Assembly: GCF_006345805.1 (NCBI RefSeq)
Contig: NC_043000.1
Location: 121,768,001 to 121,832,000 of the forward strand
DNA length: 64,000 nt
Direction: 5' to 3'
Source of the DNA: Octopus sinensis
Taxonomy: Eukaryota
A model generated the notes under the pieces. It searched no databases. It had not been told where the DNA came from and saw only the letters and a list, made by a program, of their open reading frames with translations. The first letter of the stretch is position 1. Each line of letters starts with the position of its first letter. The position numbers and the translations under genes are program-made. Shown piece after piece: positions 25,550 through 40,181 of the stretch.

Positions 25550-25995
25550 TTCAATATTATACATTATGAAACTCCGACGTCTGGCAGCTGACTTGGCAGA
25601 CACCCAAAAAATTATTAACCATCTTTCTAACAATAACTCTGAGCACCTTTTCAAACTCCACCTGTCTAACACCCGTGGACATGTTTACAAAGTCAGAAAA
25701 CAACACAGCTCCATGACTTTCGGAAACATTTCTTCACGCTAAGACTTGCTGAAGCATGGAACAAACTGACGGCATCAGTTGTTAGTTGTCGGAGCACTGC
25801 ATCCTTCAAAACTTCCATGCTTCCTGAGATTCGCCAAAACTATACCTGATTTTCTCCCCTCCATACACACGCAAGCATGTATCTCAATTCATACACTGTT
25901 CACTTCCCAAACATTTGTACATTAATGAATATGCTTTATACGCGTTTTTGGCAAGTTGTGGTGCACCTGAGCACTGTATGCAATAATTTCATTAT
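25550..25995 (+). mobile_element. CR1-clade LINE 3' end
   Basis: ..LRRLAADL..KII..LFK..NTRGHVYK..FRKHFFTLRLAEAWNKL..VV..SFK.. followed by a 3' UTR and an ATT-type tail. Confidence 0.85.
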
Positions 25996-27592
25996 TAGTA
26001 TCATATTATTATGTATTTTAGAAGACATGATTTAAAACAAGTATTTCTACTTCTGAGTCAGTGTTTCTTTTGTAACTTCTTTGCAAGAGATACATATAGT
26101 CATTAGTCTAACCCATACAGTAATAGTAATAAATATTCTTCCAATCTTTTCTTTTTATTTCTCATTAAAACTTTCCTCTGTTAAGTGGTTCTTACGCTTT
26201 CACATTTAATCAAACATGAACATTGCGACTATACCGTTATTGTTGTTGCTAAATTTGTTTCTTGCTTTTGCTGTACTTGTCGTTAATCTTATTAATAGTA
26301 TTATTTTTATAGTCAATAATAGCATTATCATCATGACCATTATCGCCCACTCCCTTAGCGGTAACATCTTCGTCTTTACTGTTCGAATTATCGTTTTTGT
26401 TATATACACTCCATGTCTAATTAGTCATAATAATTTGAAGAAATCAATTTATAATTTATAATCTTACAATTATTAGTGATAAATTCAAGAAGTTTTCTTC
26501 ATTGTCTCTGTCTTTATTGAACGAATGCATTTTCTTTCTAATTCTAAGTTCATTTGACTGTTTATTGAAATATTCGTTTATTCAAATTCTGTTTTATTTC
26601 TTGGTTCTGTTCTGGTTGTGGAGGTAATGATGTTGATGCAAGTAGTTTTAGACTAGTATAATTTTTTTTAATGAACCTCGAGGATGAAAGCATCTTAAAA
26701 CCCATTGAAAAAATAAATCATTAATTATTCTGTTTCAACTTTATATCTGGCATTAGAAGTCGAAAAATCAGTGGAGCATCTGATCAACAAATTTGTGTAA
26801 AAATTGTTTATAATCGGTATAAGAATGGTATGATATTTAAAATGATGGGAAGAAAACTTACATCAGACACAGCAAAGACAGATAGGCTGTTGATAGCCGC
26901 GAGCTAATTAACTAAAATAAAAGTATATTTGTAAAAAAATTGAGGGAAAAACTTGCTATTAGCATTAACATCAAAATGTTTTATATTCTGTTGGGTTTTT
27001 TTTTCTGTTATTAATTGACGTCTTGCTTTTAAGGAAACTCATGATATTTGTTTTAAATTTTGAAACATCGCGTCAGGAAAATTATGTTCGTTACTGTGAG
27101 AATACTTTACAACTTTAATAGAAAAGATGTCTGTTGTCGTCCTATTTATTGGGCACCAACATGGCTATAATTACCTACAATTAAACATCGCATATGCATA
27201 TGTGTTTCTGTGTGTGTATGCGTGTGTGCGCGCGCGCGCATGTGCGTATGCGTGTATGTGCATATCCACACATTCATATATGCAAACTTCTGCGTATAAT
27301 TAGTGTTAGAACTTATCTATTTCAAATGATACCCTTGACACACATGCATTGTAAACTACTCAAGAAAAACAACGATTCCAATTACAGAAGCACAATGTTT
27401 GCCAATTCCTTAATGAAAAATAATTTAATTAGAATGAATTCATTGCGGGTCCTGTTCATATCTCTGTAACACTGTGGGATAATAATTAAACCTCTCAGTC
27501 AGAAGATACATCCTGCAGAATCCGAAATCTCATTTCATATCTCTTAAGACGTTTTGATAGTAGTAAACCACAGAAACATGAAAATATATCTA

Positions 27593-27821
27593 TTTCATTA
27601 TTACCAACAAGGGGCTAAACACAGAGAGGACAAACAAGGACAGACAAACGGATGAAGTCGATTATATCAACCCCAGTGCGTAACTGGTACTTGTTTTATT
27701 GACCCTGAAAGGATGAAAGGCAAAGTCGATCTCGGTAGAATTTGAACTCAGAAGGTAACGGCAGACGAAATACGGCTACGCATTTCGAACGGCGTGCTAA
27801 CGTTTCTGCCAGCTCGCCGCC
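27593..27821 (-). mobile_element. SINE family B
   Basis: Matches the consensus. Confidence 0.9.
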
Positions 27822-28071
27822 TTATATGAAAATATACCGCGCGAACGTTTGCATGGAATTCAATAAACATATAATGTAAGTTGGCTTCTTTTGAAACGGT
27901 TTTATGGGATTGAAAGGACTTTAGGTAATCTTCGCAGCAATTCTTTGTTATCAATATACAATATAAAGCCTCATCATATTTTATAAGATTCAAAGCTCTA
28001 ACGTTATGGTTCGTGATCCATAATTTTGACGATAATATTTTTCTAAACATTTTCTGTGAGACCTCTTTTTC

Positions 28072-28475
28072 CTTTATTCTCTTTTACTTTTTTAATCATT
28101 TGACTGTGGCCATGCTGGAGCACAGCTTTTAGTCGAGCAAATCAATCCCAGGACTTATTCTTTGTAAGCTTAGTACTTATTCTATTGGTCTCTTTTGCCG
28201 AACTTTTAAGTTACGGGGACGCAAACACACCAGCATCGGTTGTCAAGCGATGTTGGGGGCACAGATACAGACACACAAGTATATACACGCACATACATAT
28301 ACATATATATATATAGATATATAAGACGGGTTTCTTTCAGTTTCCGTCTACCAAATCCACTCACAAGGTTTTGGTCAGCCGAGACTATAGTAGAAGACAC
28401 TTGCCCAAGGTGCAACGCAGTGGGACTGAACCCAGAACCATGCGGTTCGTAAGCACGCTACTTACTACACAGCGC
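28072..28475 (-). mobile_element. SINE family A
   Basis: Matches the consensus. Confidence 0.9.
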
Positions 28476-31389
28476 AAGAGCAAAAACAATTGAAAAATAC
28501 GCTTCCAAATGCTCAACGCGTTCTATTTTCCAGATTTATCTGTCCTCAGACTTAGAAAATATATAGTGGTCGAATAGGGTTTATTAGTCATCTGTACACG
28601 CATAACGGTAACATGCAGAATTCCTTAGTGAGAAAAGTTTGGCTGCAAATTTTCATTAGCAGATTTTCACTCCTATGCAACTGAGATCAGATATACACGC
28701 AAACTGTGGCTTCACTAGCTTGGCCAATTATGGGAATGCTTTTGAAATAACCGACTGCCCCAGTGCTTGGTTTGTAATTCCTTTGTCGATTCCATAGAAA
28801 GAAAAAGAAAATTGGCCCGGGTGATTTACACAATGCTCTATCGTACACGCGCTCAAACACGCATATATATGTTTACGCATATACATACACACCGATATTT
28901 AGGTAAGCATACGCAAATATACATACTACATACATACACATACGTGGCCCATTGATGGTGAATTCGCAGATCCAGTAGCCCTCATAAACCTCCAGCTTCA
29001 TGCTTATTATTATTGGAACATGATAAAAAGCAGCACATCTGGAGCCAAATATGGACGAACGTGGTACCTTGTCGTGTGGGGAGAGAACACAAATCCCTTG
29101 TTCATACACTACAAATGATTACAATATGTGGGACAATAAAAATGTGCAAAACCTTCTTAAGATTTACAGTATGATGAATAGGACAAGATGCTTGCCTTGA
29201 CAGCTGTGCTAACCAGCAGCTAGCCAGTCAAAATTGATTTGAAGTCAAAAAGGAGAGAGAAATCATGTACATACATGCACGCATAAATACTTGCGTATGT
29301 ATATGTGTTTGTTTATGTGTATGTCTGAGTGTGTTTGTGTGCATGGTAGTATGTTAAGCAGTTAGATGTAGAATAATTTTTAGAGAAAGAATCCTTAGAA
29401 TCCCAGAGAAATTAACGTTCAGTATAGGCTTCCTACTTTAGTTTCGCTAAAATAGCTCCAATGCTTAAGGAAGCATGCTTATTAGGATCATACTTTGAGA
29501 TATTGCGTTATACAGTAAAAGACATTTAAATTATTTGTTTTGAAGCCTCTAACAGGTCCAATGCTAATATTTCGCAATTAATGTCAACAATTGCTCGTTA
29601 AATTTTACCTTCAAATAATTAACATTCATTTGTAAAATTTTATAACTAAATTGATCAATTTAATTAAAACAGCCTACAACAACCAATTACCAACAAACAG
29701 GCATTAACTGTTACTTTCATTCATATACAGTAAATAAATATAAAATAATTACGCGGCTGTAAAAGTATTGGAGGTGTTCAGAAATAAATCCTAATATATG
29801 TGCGAACATATGCTAAGCCACTGAATGAGCTTTTATATTTGATATTTTGATGAGGTACTTTTGATAAGATAACCCAGGCGTCTCAATTAAGGACGCATTG
29901 AAAATGCTGCTCTAAAATTACTATATCAGATTTAAGAATGAAACTGTGACGACTCTAAAGTATTTGATCTTAGATCTGTTGCAAGTGTATTGAACTGGAT
30001 TTCGGCAATAAAATTGTCAGACTTCCACTGGTGAAGCCATGGGAGAATTATAATTAAGTGCATCGTAATGTATCAACAGCAGAAAATGCGATTACCGAGT
30101 TTCTACTTAATAACCATTGGTATTCTAGTGTATATAGCACTGAATCGAACATGATATTTGATAAGTGACTTATGTATCTGTAACAGAATCATGGAATGTA
30201 GATTTGACCTTAGTAACATTTCAATTTATAGCAATGGCACTAAGAAACCGCCTTTAGATATCTGCTAATCTACTACTCCGTTCCGTTTTTATCCATAAAT
30301 AAGGATGGTCAACCATGTTATTTAAGAGTGCAATACAAACAACAGTCGCTCACGGATGGGTACATCTTCGTAACATAAACTCGCTTTCTATGTGTAGAAA
30401 ACGAATTTATATTACGAAGTTAATATGTCGTAACATAAATTCGCCGTTGTTTGTAGTTGCCATTTTAATCATTTCAGCCACCCAACATTTCAATTAGCAG
30501 AACATTGGGAAAGTTACAGTATGGAGGCGACAAGACAGCACCAGAAGCCGACTGATACTCGTTGCAAAATATTAAACATACCAAATATAAAAAAAAAGTG
30601 TCTTGCTCGGGAGCAAAATGCACCCTACGTCCAATCCCGACCTTCATATTATGAACTGAATCCTGTAACAATAAGGTCACGTACATTCACAATCCTCATA
30701 TATACAGGCTACGTATGGCGCTTTATCTTAGATATAAGATGACTGAGAAATATACGTGGTAAAATATATAAGAAAATAACTGCAAGAGATTTGTGTTCAT
30801 TAAAACTAAGGCGCTTAAATTTGATTTTTACATTATATGAAGTGAATAACGTATATATCTTTCAGACATCAGATTTTTAATTCCTAGAGTAATTGATACA
30901 CAGTTTTGATATGAACGTGTGAATCCTGTAAAAATATGCGCAATTTCGAAATACTCAATTGTTGTTTAAACACAAGTATCTCAGCTCAATACATTTTCGA
31001 TAAGGCTTCCGTTCTTATATAACAATGGTATCAAAAAGACTGATGTAGAAACAATTTTATCTTACTAACGCAATCCTTGCAACGCTACTGTTGATATTAT
31101 GGTTGCGAATCTTTTGTAACGTGGATTAATTAAAAGATGTGTACTAATAGTCATCATAGCCTGTTGTGTGTGTAGATTCTTTCTATTCATCACACACGTT
31201 ATATATTTATTTACATTCTAAGAAAATGTGCGCTACCGATGCAATGTAATGCATGGTTCATTATTCTGTGTTCTGCTAATGATATTCTTGTCAGCCATCT
31301 TGTTATTAATTAGGGACTTATCTCTATAGTGGTTTTCATTTCAGAAATATAATTCTGACACTTCCTGTATTCAAATTCGTACATATTTA

Positions 31390-31560
31390 AATGGTTAGTA
31401 GCTTGCTTACGAACCACATGGTTCTGCGTTCAGTCCCACATCGTGGAATCTTGGGCAAGTGTCTTCTACTATAGCTTCGAGCCGACCAAAGCCTTGTGAG
31501 TGGATTTGGTAGACGGAGACTGAAAGAAACCCGTCGTATGTATGTATATATGTATATATA

Positions 31561-31640
<80 letters not shown>

Positions 31641-31860
31641 TTGTGTCTGTGTGTGTATGTATGTATGTATGTGTATAAGTTTGTGTGTCTATGTTTGTGT
31701 CCCCCCCCCTCAACATCGCTTGACAACCGATGCTGGTGTGTTTACGTCCCCGTAACTTAGCTGTTCGGCAAAAGTGACCGATCGAATAAGTGCTAGGCTT
31801 ACAAAGAATAAGTCCCGGGGTCACTTTGCTCGACTAAAGGCGATGCTCCGGAGTAGAGAG
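31390..31860 (+). mobile_element. SINE family A with expanded internal (AT)n(GT)n
   Basis: Matches the consensus. Confidence 0.9.
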
Positions 31861-33242
31861 TAACAGAAAAGGAACGTATTAATCTTTCGTCAGTATGAAT
31901 AATTTTACTACTCAGGAAGAAGAGATCCTGAGATCGAACTCTATGTTTTATGGATATGATGGACAAGTAGAATGGTATTTGCCTGTCGGCACCATGTATG
32001 CTCTACTTGGTTTTTTTCCTTTGTTGTTTCGTTGACGATATATAAGAATTTTATATTTTCTCATTAGTAAATCCGCCCATCAATGCCGGGGTAGTATAGA
32101 CTAATTCCTTCATACATTAAAAAGAAATAATTGGAATATAAAATTATAATTACAACCTGATCATTGTAGATCTTATTTGCAACAACTGATAGAAGCTTGC
32201 AATTAAGGTACCTGTTTTCAATTTTGACAGCAACTAACTGAATGGATTCGGACCTCGCATAAGGGCGTATAGAGTTGAGTCTCTGAAATTTGTTTTCAAA
32301 TTTACGATTACTTTCAGTTGCTGAAAGCATTCATGCATTACATTCATGAAAATACAAAAGGGCTGGGAAATATAAATTAAGGTATAGCACATTGGTTATT
32401 GGGTTTTCGACAAACAAATGTTGACACATTATTGCAAAACTGTTATTATCTTCTCTTCAAGAAAGCGGAAAAAAATGAAATGATATATAAACCACGTTTA
32501 TCAACGACGAATATGTGTAATGAAGTTTAATAATAGAAAAGCTAATCTAGAGAAAAAATCAATGATTTTATTTCATCCTGCAAGGTGAGGAGCCACTGGT
32601 CTGTTAAATAGCCTGGTTGATGGCACATAGATTGAGTACTTAGAGATAGATATACAAAAGCTATTGCCAGTTGTGATGGACGCCAAAGAGAGAATGTTTT
32701 AACTGTCTACCATCTTGTCATTAACTAGGCCATCTTTCGCTTTCAAATTATATAATGTTATGCAGTTTCTATAATATTACGTAAATTGTTTATCAACTAT
32801 ATCCGCTATAGTGAGTTAAAAAAGAAGACTTGCTTTCAACGTTTTCAAATATGATTTGAAAAGAATAGGATTTGCTTTATTTAAACATTTAATGAATGTT
32901 CATCGAAGAGAAAATATGTATTCAGAACCGAGCGGAACCGGTAGTTAACTGTTAATAACCTGAATTGAAATATGTATTGATTATTTTGGACAATGTCGAA
33001 GTAAAAATCTATATTTGGCGGGAATTGTACCAGAAAAATGATGTGAAAATACTACACAATTATTTACTGAATTGTCTGTCTTCATTCTGATACATAATCT
33101 GGACCTGCAGGGTTTCCATGGAGATATAGAACAAAATTATATGTGCATAGATAGTCACGTTCTGTGTGATCTAAACACGAACATGCACATACGTATATAT
33201 TTATGCCAATATACATGTGAATATGCATCTCTCTCTCTCTCT

Positions 33243-33312
<70 letters not shown>

Positions 33313-33689
33313 CTGATCAATTCGCATGGGTAGCTACGCCTACACTAGACATAAGAACTGCATAAATTGATATGAACTTATGTTCGTTGGTGTGTGTATA
33401 AGTATATATTTTATACATAATACTATAAGTGGTATTTTTGAAAGCATGTGACCGGGCAAACTATTGTTCAATGCGAATCTCCTCATTCGTCTTTGTTTTG
33501 CCACCAACGAATGTATGCGTACACATATACACATACATATATGTATATACATATATACGCAGACATATATATATATGTATATAAAGGCATTTTTTTCAAA
33601 ATACGCCAGCTAAACTTGTTGTACTGTTTATTAGTCGTAAGACAACCGCTGTTTTTGTCCTGTTTTTACCATTATTTTTTTTTGTATTT

Positions 33690-33955
33690 TATATTCGTGT
33701 GGCATCGTCCGTTTTTCTGTCCCTGTTTCGTATACATTCGATCCTTCTTCCAAGAAACCTAATGCTCGTAGCTTAGTTTTTCCTTGGGGCTGGCCGGATC
33801 GGAGCGATCTCAAGATTAATCAGCCGAAATTGCGAAGATGATCCGGTTCTTGACTGAAGATTGAAGGCTTCGAATGTCCCGTCCGTGTTTTTTGTATCGT
33901 CTTCTCCATGTTTTACGTTCTTGTCCCAGTTTGTATTTTTCTACATATAATAATA
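33690..33955 (+). repeat. Unclassified interspersed repeat family D, second copy
   Basis: See 20330-20570. Confidence 0.7.
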
Positions 33956-33961
33956 TACATA

Positions 33962-34018
<57 letters not shown>

Positions 34019-34179
34019 TAAGGGAGAATTCACAAAAAAAAAGACAAAAGACGAAGACAGCTGTTGTAGACAACAAACAGATGTACTAGTATAACTATAA
34101 CGCTCGATCTTTCCAGCGTCATAGAGCACGGCAAAGTAAAAAATAATCGCTGACTCTAAACTCCAGAAGATTATCAACC

Positions 34180-34960
34180 TAGAAGAAGACCGAACACATC
34201 GCGAGACTGATTTACATGCTGTGCATCAATGGGCTCCAGAGTTTGGTCCAGGCCATATCTAACTTAATAGCAGAACCTAAATAGCAGAATCTAAATCTTT
34301 TTGAAGTCAAGATTTGTGGTATTATGGCACATTCCAGTTGGGTGTTGCTATTGAGTTGTATTCAGGCATAGGTGGCTGATCTGGTATTCCTTGACGAAAT
34401 TTTCTACTCATCCTTTAATCTGATAACACGTTACAGAAGAGTCGTTCGACTTCCTTGAGAATGTATTTAAGGTTATCAAACAAGAAATGATGCTCAGGGA
34501 GCTGTCTTCCAAGCCTCATGATGTTATCAGCCTTATGTTTGCAAACTTGAACAATAAATGCACTTCAACACTAGGCGGTTAAAAGATGTTGCCGAAGGGA
34601 TATGATACAGCATTCAAAGGCAGTCTGGATCGATGTTAATCCTCTAATCCCTTGTTTTATGTTTTTCGGTGGAGGTGGTCTATGTCACTGTTGGTGGGGA
34701 AATTACGTGTACTGGTTAGTATTTCCCGGTTTGCACATCAATGGCTGGTATACTAACAAGCTTTCAATTAAGTAGCCCAAATATTGGTATGACTAATAGC
34801 GCTGAAAACGCATTGTTGACCACAGTTTTATTGAATCCAGAGATTTCCGAAGTCTACATTTTCTTTTTTCGGCCGTAATGATCTTTCGTGATACTTGCTT
34901 TGTTACAGGTGTTATCGTTAGACAGGTTGTCGTCCACCCTCACATACTTGTAACATTCCA
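34180..34960 (-). mobile_element. R4/Dong-like LINE RT fragment, decayed
   Basis: Minus strand ..YKYVRVDD..SEISGFNKTVVNNAFSAL..IFGLL..NSDIDHLHRK..KGL.. resembles the same RT-thumb region as 8620-8900. Confidence 0.6.
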
Positions 34961-35214
34961 CATCTGATGCAGCGGAAACCCTGAAGTCGTTAATGAAGAT
35001 TTTACTAGTCTGGTTTACAGTTTTCTCTTATGTATATGTGTGTGTATGTATGTATGTATGTATGTATGTAGGTAGGTAGGTAGGTAGGTAGGTAGGTAGG
35101 TAGATAGGTAGATAGGTAGGTAAGTAGGTAGGTAGGTAGGTAGGTAGGTAGGTAGGAGGTAGGTTGGTAGGTAGGTAGGTAGGTATGTAGGTATGTAGGT
35201 ATGTAGGTAGGTAA

Positions 35215-35446
35215 GGCGGTGAGCTGGCAGAAACGTTAGAACACCGGGCGAAATGCTTAGCGGTATTTCGTCTGCGTGTAACTTTGTGAATTAAATTCCG
35301 CTGAGGTCGACTTTGCCTTTCATCCTTTCGGGGTCGATAAATTAAGTACCAGTTACGCACTGGGGTCGATGTAATCGACTTAATACCTATGTCAGTCCTT
35401 GTTTGTCCCCTCTGTGTTTAGCCCCTTGTGGGTAATAAAGAAATAG
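35215..35446 (+). mobile_element. SINE family B flanked by (TAGG)n
   Basis: Consensus match; (GGTA)n on both sides. Confidence 0.9.
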
Positions 35447-35599
35447 GTAGGTAGGTAGGTAGGTAGGTAGGCAGGTAGGTAGGTAGGTAGGCAGGTATGT
35501 ATGTATGTATGTAGGTAGGCAAGTATGTATATAAATAGGTATGCACGGTTATGTTTGGTAGTTTGGTGCGTATAAATAAGGGTGAGTGTGCGTGTATAT

Positions 35600-35717
35600 G
35601 TCCGATAGAATATGTACTAGACTTACAAAGAATAAATCCGGGGTCAATTTGCTTGACTAAAGACGGCGCTCCAGCATAGCCGCAGTGAAGTGACTGAAAC
35701 AAGTAAAAGAGTAAAAG
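35600..35717 (+). mobile_element. SINE family A, 3' fragment
   Basis: ..GATAGAATATGTACTAGACTTACAAAGAATAA..GACTGAAACAAGTAAAAGAGTAAAAG. Confidence 0.8.
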
Positions 35718-36104
35718 CGTAAGAGTATACAGCAAGAGAGGGAGAGACATAAATAGACATACATACATAGATACACATACACGTAAATAATAGATATGTA
35801 CATACTTGTGTGTGTGTATGTGTGTGTGTCCTTGGGTGAGGATGAGCGTGAGTAATTAAGGATGAATTACTAGCGACACACTTGCCGTCATTCGATCATA
35901 TAATCGCTCGTATACATCAGCTGGAAACCAGTTGCATGACTGCAATCAGCATGAAACTACAGGCATCCGATTTCTGCGTCGTAGCCAGTCCTCTGTGAAA
36001 TGTATGTAGCAGCATGTCGAATATGGTTGAGTCGTGTGACAAATGACAATGATTCTGTGGAAAATGTAGACTGCAGGAATTAGTTCATTTGTACATGACT
36101 GTGT

Positions 36105-36400
36105 TTGTTTGTTCCTTTTCGAGCCATGCCTGGCTCATAAGGGCCGGTTTCTCGGTTTCCTTGGCGTGTAGGTTCCCCACCTGGACGGGACGCAGGTCCG
36201 TCACAGGTGAGCTGCAAGATGCAGGAGGAAAGAGTGAGAGAAGTTTGTGGCGAAAGAGTCGGCAGACGTTCGCCATTACCTTCTGCCGGAGCCGCGTGCA
36301 GCTTAGATGTCTCGCTCATCAACACACACATCGCCCGGCCTGAGATTCGAAAACGCGGTCCCTCGACCGCTAGTCCGCTGCTCTAACCACTAGGCCATGC
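36105..36400 (-). mobile_element. tRNA-derived SINE family C
   Basis: Minus-strand head GCATGGCCTAGTGGTTAGAGCAGCGGACTAGCGGTCGAGGGACCGCGTTTTCGAATCTC with A box and degenerate B box, followed by a non-tRNA body. Confidence 0.75.
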
Positions 36401-37108
36401 ATTATACCTGCTCTAACCACTAGGCCTGTGTATTATGCCTGAGTTTATATGTTCAAATATACCTTACCCTATTTTGATGGTTTGTAATGGAAATGCCGAA
36501 AGTGATTTGTGTTACTGTTGCAGGCGGCACATGGACGAATTCAGTGTGTGGTCTACGTATTTGTTAACGTATTGTTCTTAAAGCAATGATATATCCAAAA
36601 TATTCATGTGGCATTTGTTATCTTGGTAGTGATTCCTCCGGAAAAGCATATTAAGAAATTTATATAGGGGTAAATTTAATAAATTGAGTTGCATAAATAT
36701 ACGCTTGGAGTTATGTAGCACATAGAGGAACATGGAACATGAACGTATAACTAATTCTTCTGAGCTGTATATTCAGTGACAAAACACCACAACGCAATAG
36801 TTAGTTAGGCCTAATACATTACGTTTCTGTCAAAATTGCTGTATATTTCATACCAACATTTAATATATATTTAGTAAACAGTGGCAGATGTGGTTAATAG
36901 GGATGTGCACACTATGCCAGATTTCCTATCTAGTGTATTACAACGACACCTCGATGTTCTTCGGGCAAAATGTATGACACACTGCAAGAGAAATCCCTTA
37001 TTTAAGTACTGCCAACAAACGTACTCCACGAGTTTCAACCTGCGTAATTTGACTGAGAAATACATGATCATATTGAAAATATGGTGAATGGTACTTGTAT
37101 GACATAAA

Positions 37109-37522
37109 GGCGGCGAGCTGGCAGAAACGTTAGCACGCCGGGCGAAATGCTTAGCGGTATTTCGTCTGCCGTTACGTTCTGAGTTCGAATTTCGCCGAGG
37201 GCGACTTTGCCTTTCATCCTTTCGGGATCGATCAAATAAGTAGCAGTTACGCACTGAGGTCGATATAATCGACTTAATCCGTCTGTCTGTCCTTGTTTGT
37301 CCTCTCTGTGTTTAGCCCCTTGTGGGTAGTAAAGAAATAGGTATTTTGTCTGCTGCTACGTTCTGAGTTCAAATTCCGTCGAGGTAGACTTTGCGTTTCA
37401 TCCTTTCGTGGTCGATTAAATAAGTACCAGTTACGCACTGGGGTCGATATAATCGAACTAATCTGTTTGTCTGTCCTTGTTTGTCCCCTCTGTGTGTAGC
37501 CCCTTGTGGGTTGTAAAGAAAA
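37109..37522 (+). mobile_element. SINE family B full copy plus abutting 5'-truncated second copy
   Basis: 37109-37341 is full length; 37342-37522 restarts at TATTTTGTCTGCTGCTACGTTCTGAG. Confidence 0.9.
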
Positions 37523-38138
37523 AGGTTCTTGTATAACATGCGACGTAGTGGAATCACATCCGAAATCTCGTGATTAAACAGCGCCATTCTTAAACATTCG
37601 GCCATGGTTTGCGCACGTGCACATACACACTGACAAAACACACATGCACACGTTCATATATACGCACTGACAAACATATTCACAAAGGAGTGTAAGAGCA
37701 TCTAATGAGCGTGTGCTTGTTAGGAAACGAGAAATAACATTTTGAAAGCAAGTAACATTATCAAAAATTTATTAATATAATTTTTGAATGGAAAGTTTTT
37801 TTCATTCCTTTCTGTTCTAAATATAATCTTAAAGAGCTTGTGAAAAATATAAACTATGCTACATATTTTTTTTTTAATGAGGAGCATAATTATTAGTGAC
37901 AGACATTTTTAATTTGAATAGACACGTGAAAACAACTATGTTTATGAGACTATTTCATAGTTTTTGGATTTTTGTTCCAATATATTAAATGGTTGTAATT
38001 AAAGCATTTTTAATAATCATTCTTCGGCATTTATAAGCCATGTGATAAATGCATTCTTCATACCACATGCTAATACATACATACATATATGTACACACAT
38101 TAGTTATTCATATATACATATATAAATACTATGTATCT

Positions 38139-38187
<49 letters not shown>

Positions 38188-38243
38188 TATACATACATAT
38201 ATATATATATATATATAAATATGTATGTATGTATGTATGTATG

Positions 38244-38275
<32 letters not shown>

Positions 38276-38537
38276 AGAATTTTTTGCGTAATGAGATAAA
38301 AAAAGACAGTCTAGATATTAGAACATTTATATATAGAATGTATTACAGCTGTTTCCAGGATATTTATTAATTATAGCCCTTCATCGGATGGTTAAGTAAT
38401 AGTTAGTTTAGATAGGATAGAAAATAGAGAGTGCGGTGAAAGAAAGAAAATAGGTGTGATATATATAGGGATACTGAATTTGCAGATCCATGTTTTAGGC
38501 AGAATGTTATATATGTAAGATTCCATATATATATATA

Positions 38538-39394
38538 AAGGGTGCTATGGGTTAATTGTCACAATTCTATATTTTCAATTTCGCGTATGCACATAGTTAA
38601 TTTTTCAGTTTGTCGACTATACCATCTGTGAGAAAAAGAACAGCATGACGCAATTCACTCTGTCAGAAATTTCGAAACGACAGACTGTACGGCTTAGCAT
38701 TCGCCCGAAAGCTCCAATACGATTATTTCAGAGTGTCTTGGTGTCAATCTGTGGACAGTGCAATCTAAGGACATGTACCGAGGGTGATACAAATGAAACA
38801 TCCAGTCAACATCATGGTGTTTACAATGATCACTAGTGATGACAAAGTTGTCTCTATTCATTTTCCCTCACGGCCTCACACTCAACACGGACACCTACAT
38901 CAACTACCTGGAGGAGTTAATGCCACACTGGGTCAAGAGGATGTCTGCTGGAAGACCTCCTGTCTGGCAACAGGCCTCAGCATCATGCCACGCAAGCAGA
39001 AGAACCCAATCATTGCTGTCAGACAATTTCTGCGACCGCATATGTCCTAAAATCTGGCCACCTAACTCCCCAGACTCTCCTTGATTATTATGCGTGGGGC
39101 GTAGTTGAGCGAGAGACTAACAAAATTCCTTGTAACACCAAAGATGAACCACATGCAAAGATTATGGCAGTATTCACCAACGTAAACATGGAGACCGTCC
39201 AGAAGAGTCGCAGGAGATTCGGAAGTCGACTAGGAGCCTTGGTCGAAGCCAATGCCGATTTTATTGAAAACATTTTCTGTTTAGTATTTCCATATAATTT
39301 TATGCTATTTTAGTAAGTATATCTATTAAAATAAGATGTCAGTATTATTTTCCTTTTTGCGCAATTTGGACGACAATATATCCACTGCACCCTG
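38538..39394 (+). mobile_element. Internally deleted Tc1/mariner-superfamily transposon
   Basis: TA-flanked imperfect TIRs (TA|AAGGGTGCTATGG.. / ..CCACTGCACCCTG|TA). Frameshifted transposase ..KHPVNIMVF..WQQ.SA.CH..WPPNSPD..LDYYAWG.. Confidence 0.88.
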
Positions 39395-40181
39395 TATATC
39401 TATGTGTGAGTGTGTGTGCTTATGTGTGTGTTTGTGTGTTTGTGTGTGTATGTGTGTGTTTGTGTGTGTAATGTACAAATCTTAACTTATTAAACGTTTA
39501 ATTTTAATATCAACACTCATCTCTGTTTGTCATAGCAGAGAACCAAACGACATCATTAACGAACTTTCACCTCAGTGGTTACATTTCTGAACTACATTAC
39601 CTCAGAGGATTTAGTTGCATTTTTATATCAAGGGCAAATGTACTGAATAATGTAATTTTACAAATATACAACATCCGTGGTACTCCCTACGGCCGGATGC
39701 TGTATAATTGGCAGGTGTATATTTTCTTTGTAATTTGTATATAGTGTACGTGTGCTCGACATTGCTTGCGCTAAAATTATTGCTTCTACATGTGTTTTCA
39801 TTTTAGCCGGAATTTCTTTCTGGTTTAGTTGTTTTGTTGTGTAACATTTTCCTCTCTAGTTTTATTTGATCGCGTTGTGTGATTTAGTGTACTTCAATTG
39901 TGACTTGCCTGGGGGATCTTAATATACATGTATTGTAAATAAAACACAGAACATCATGAAGTGCACTTCTTTCATTAAATTAGTAAGGAAAAACAAAAAG
40001 GTATACGTTTCTTCTGAGATATCATATGATATATCAGTCAATGTATTTATCCAAAAATATAGGGAGAATCTCAAGTCATTCCAGTTTCAAATGACATCTG
40101 GCACTTGATTTTAACTCATTAACAATGAATGTTTCTATTTCTTTTTATTCCACTCCATTCTTAATATGTTATAATTAATCA

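Noticed and set aside
33850-33895. CTGAAGA..GAA..GTC hammerhead-like string in repeat family D
   Set aside because: No workable stem II, GAAA not intact, and stem I does not pair in either copy.
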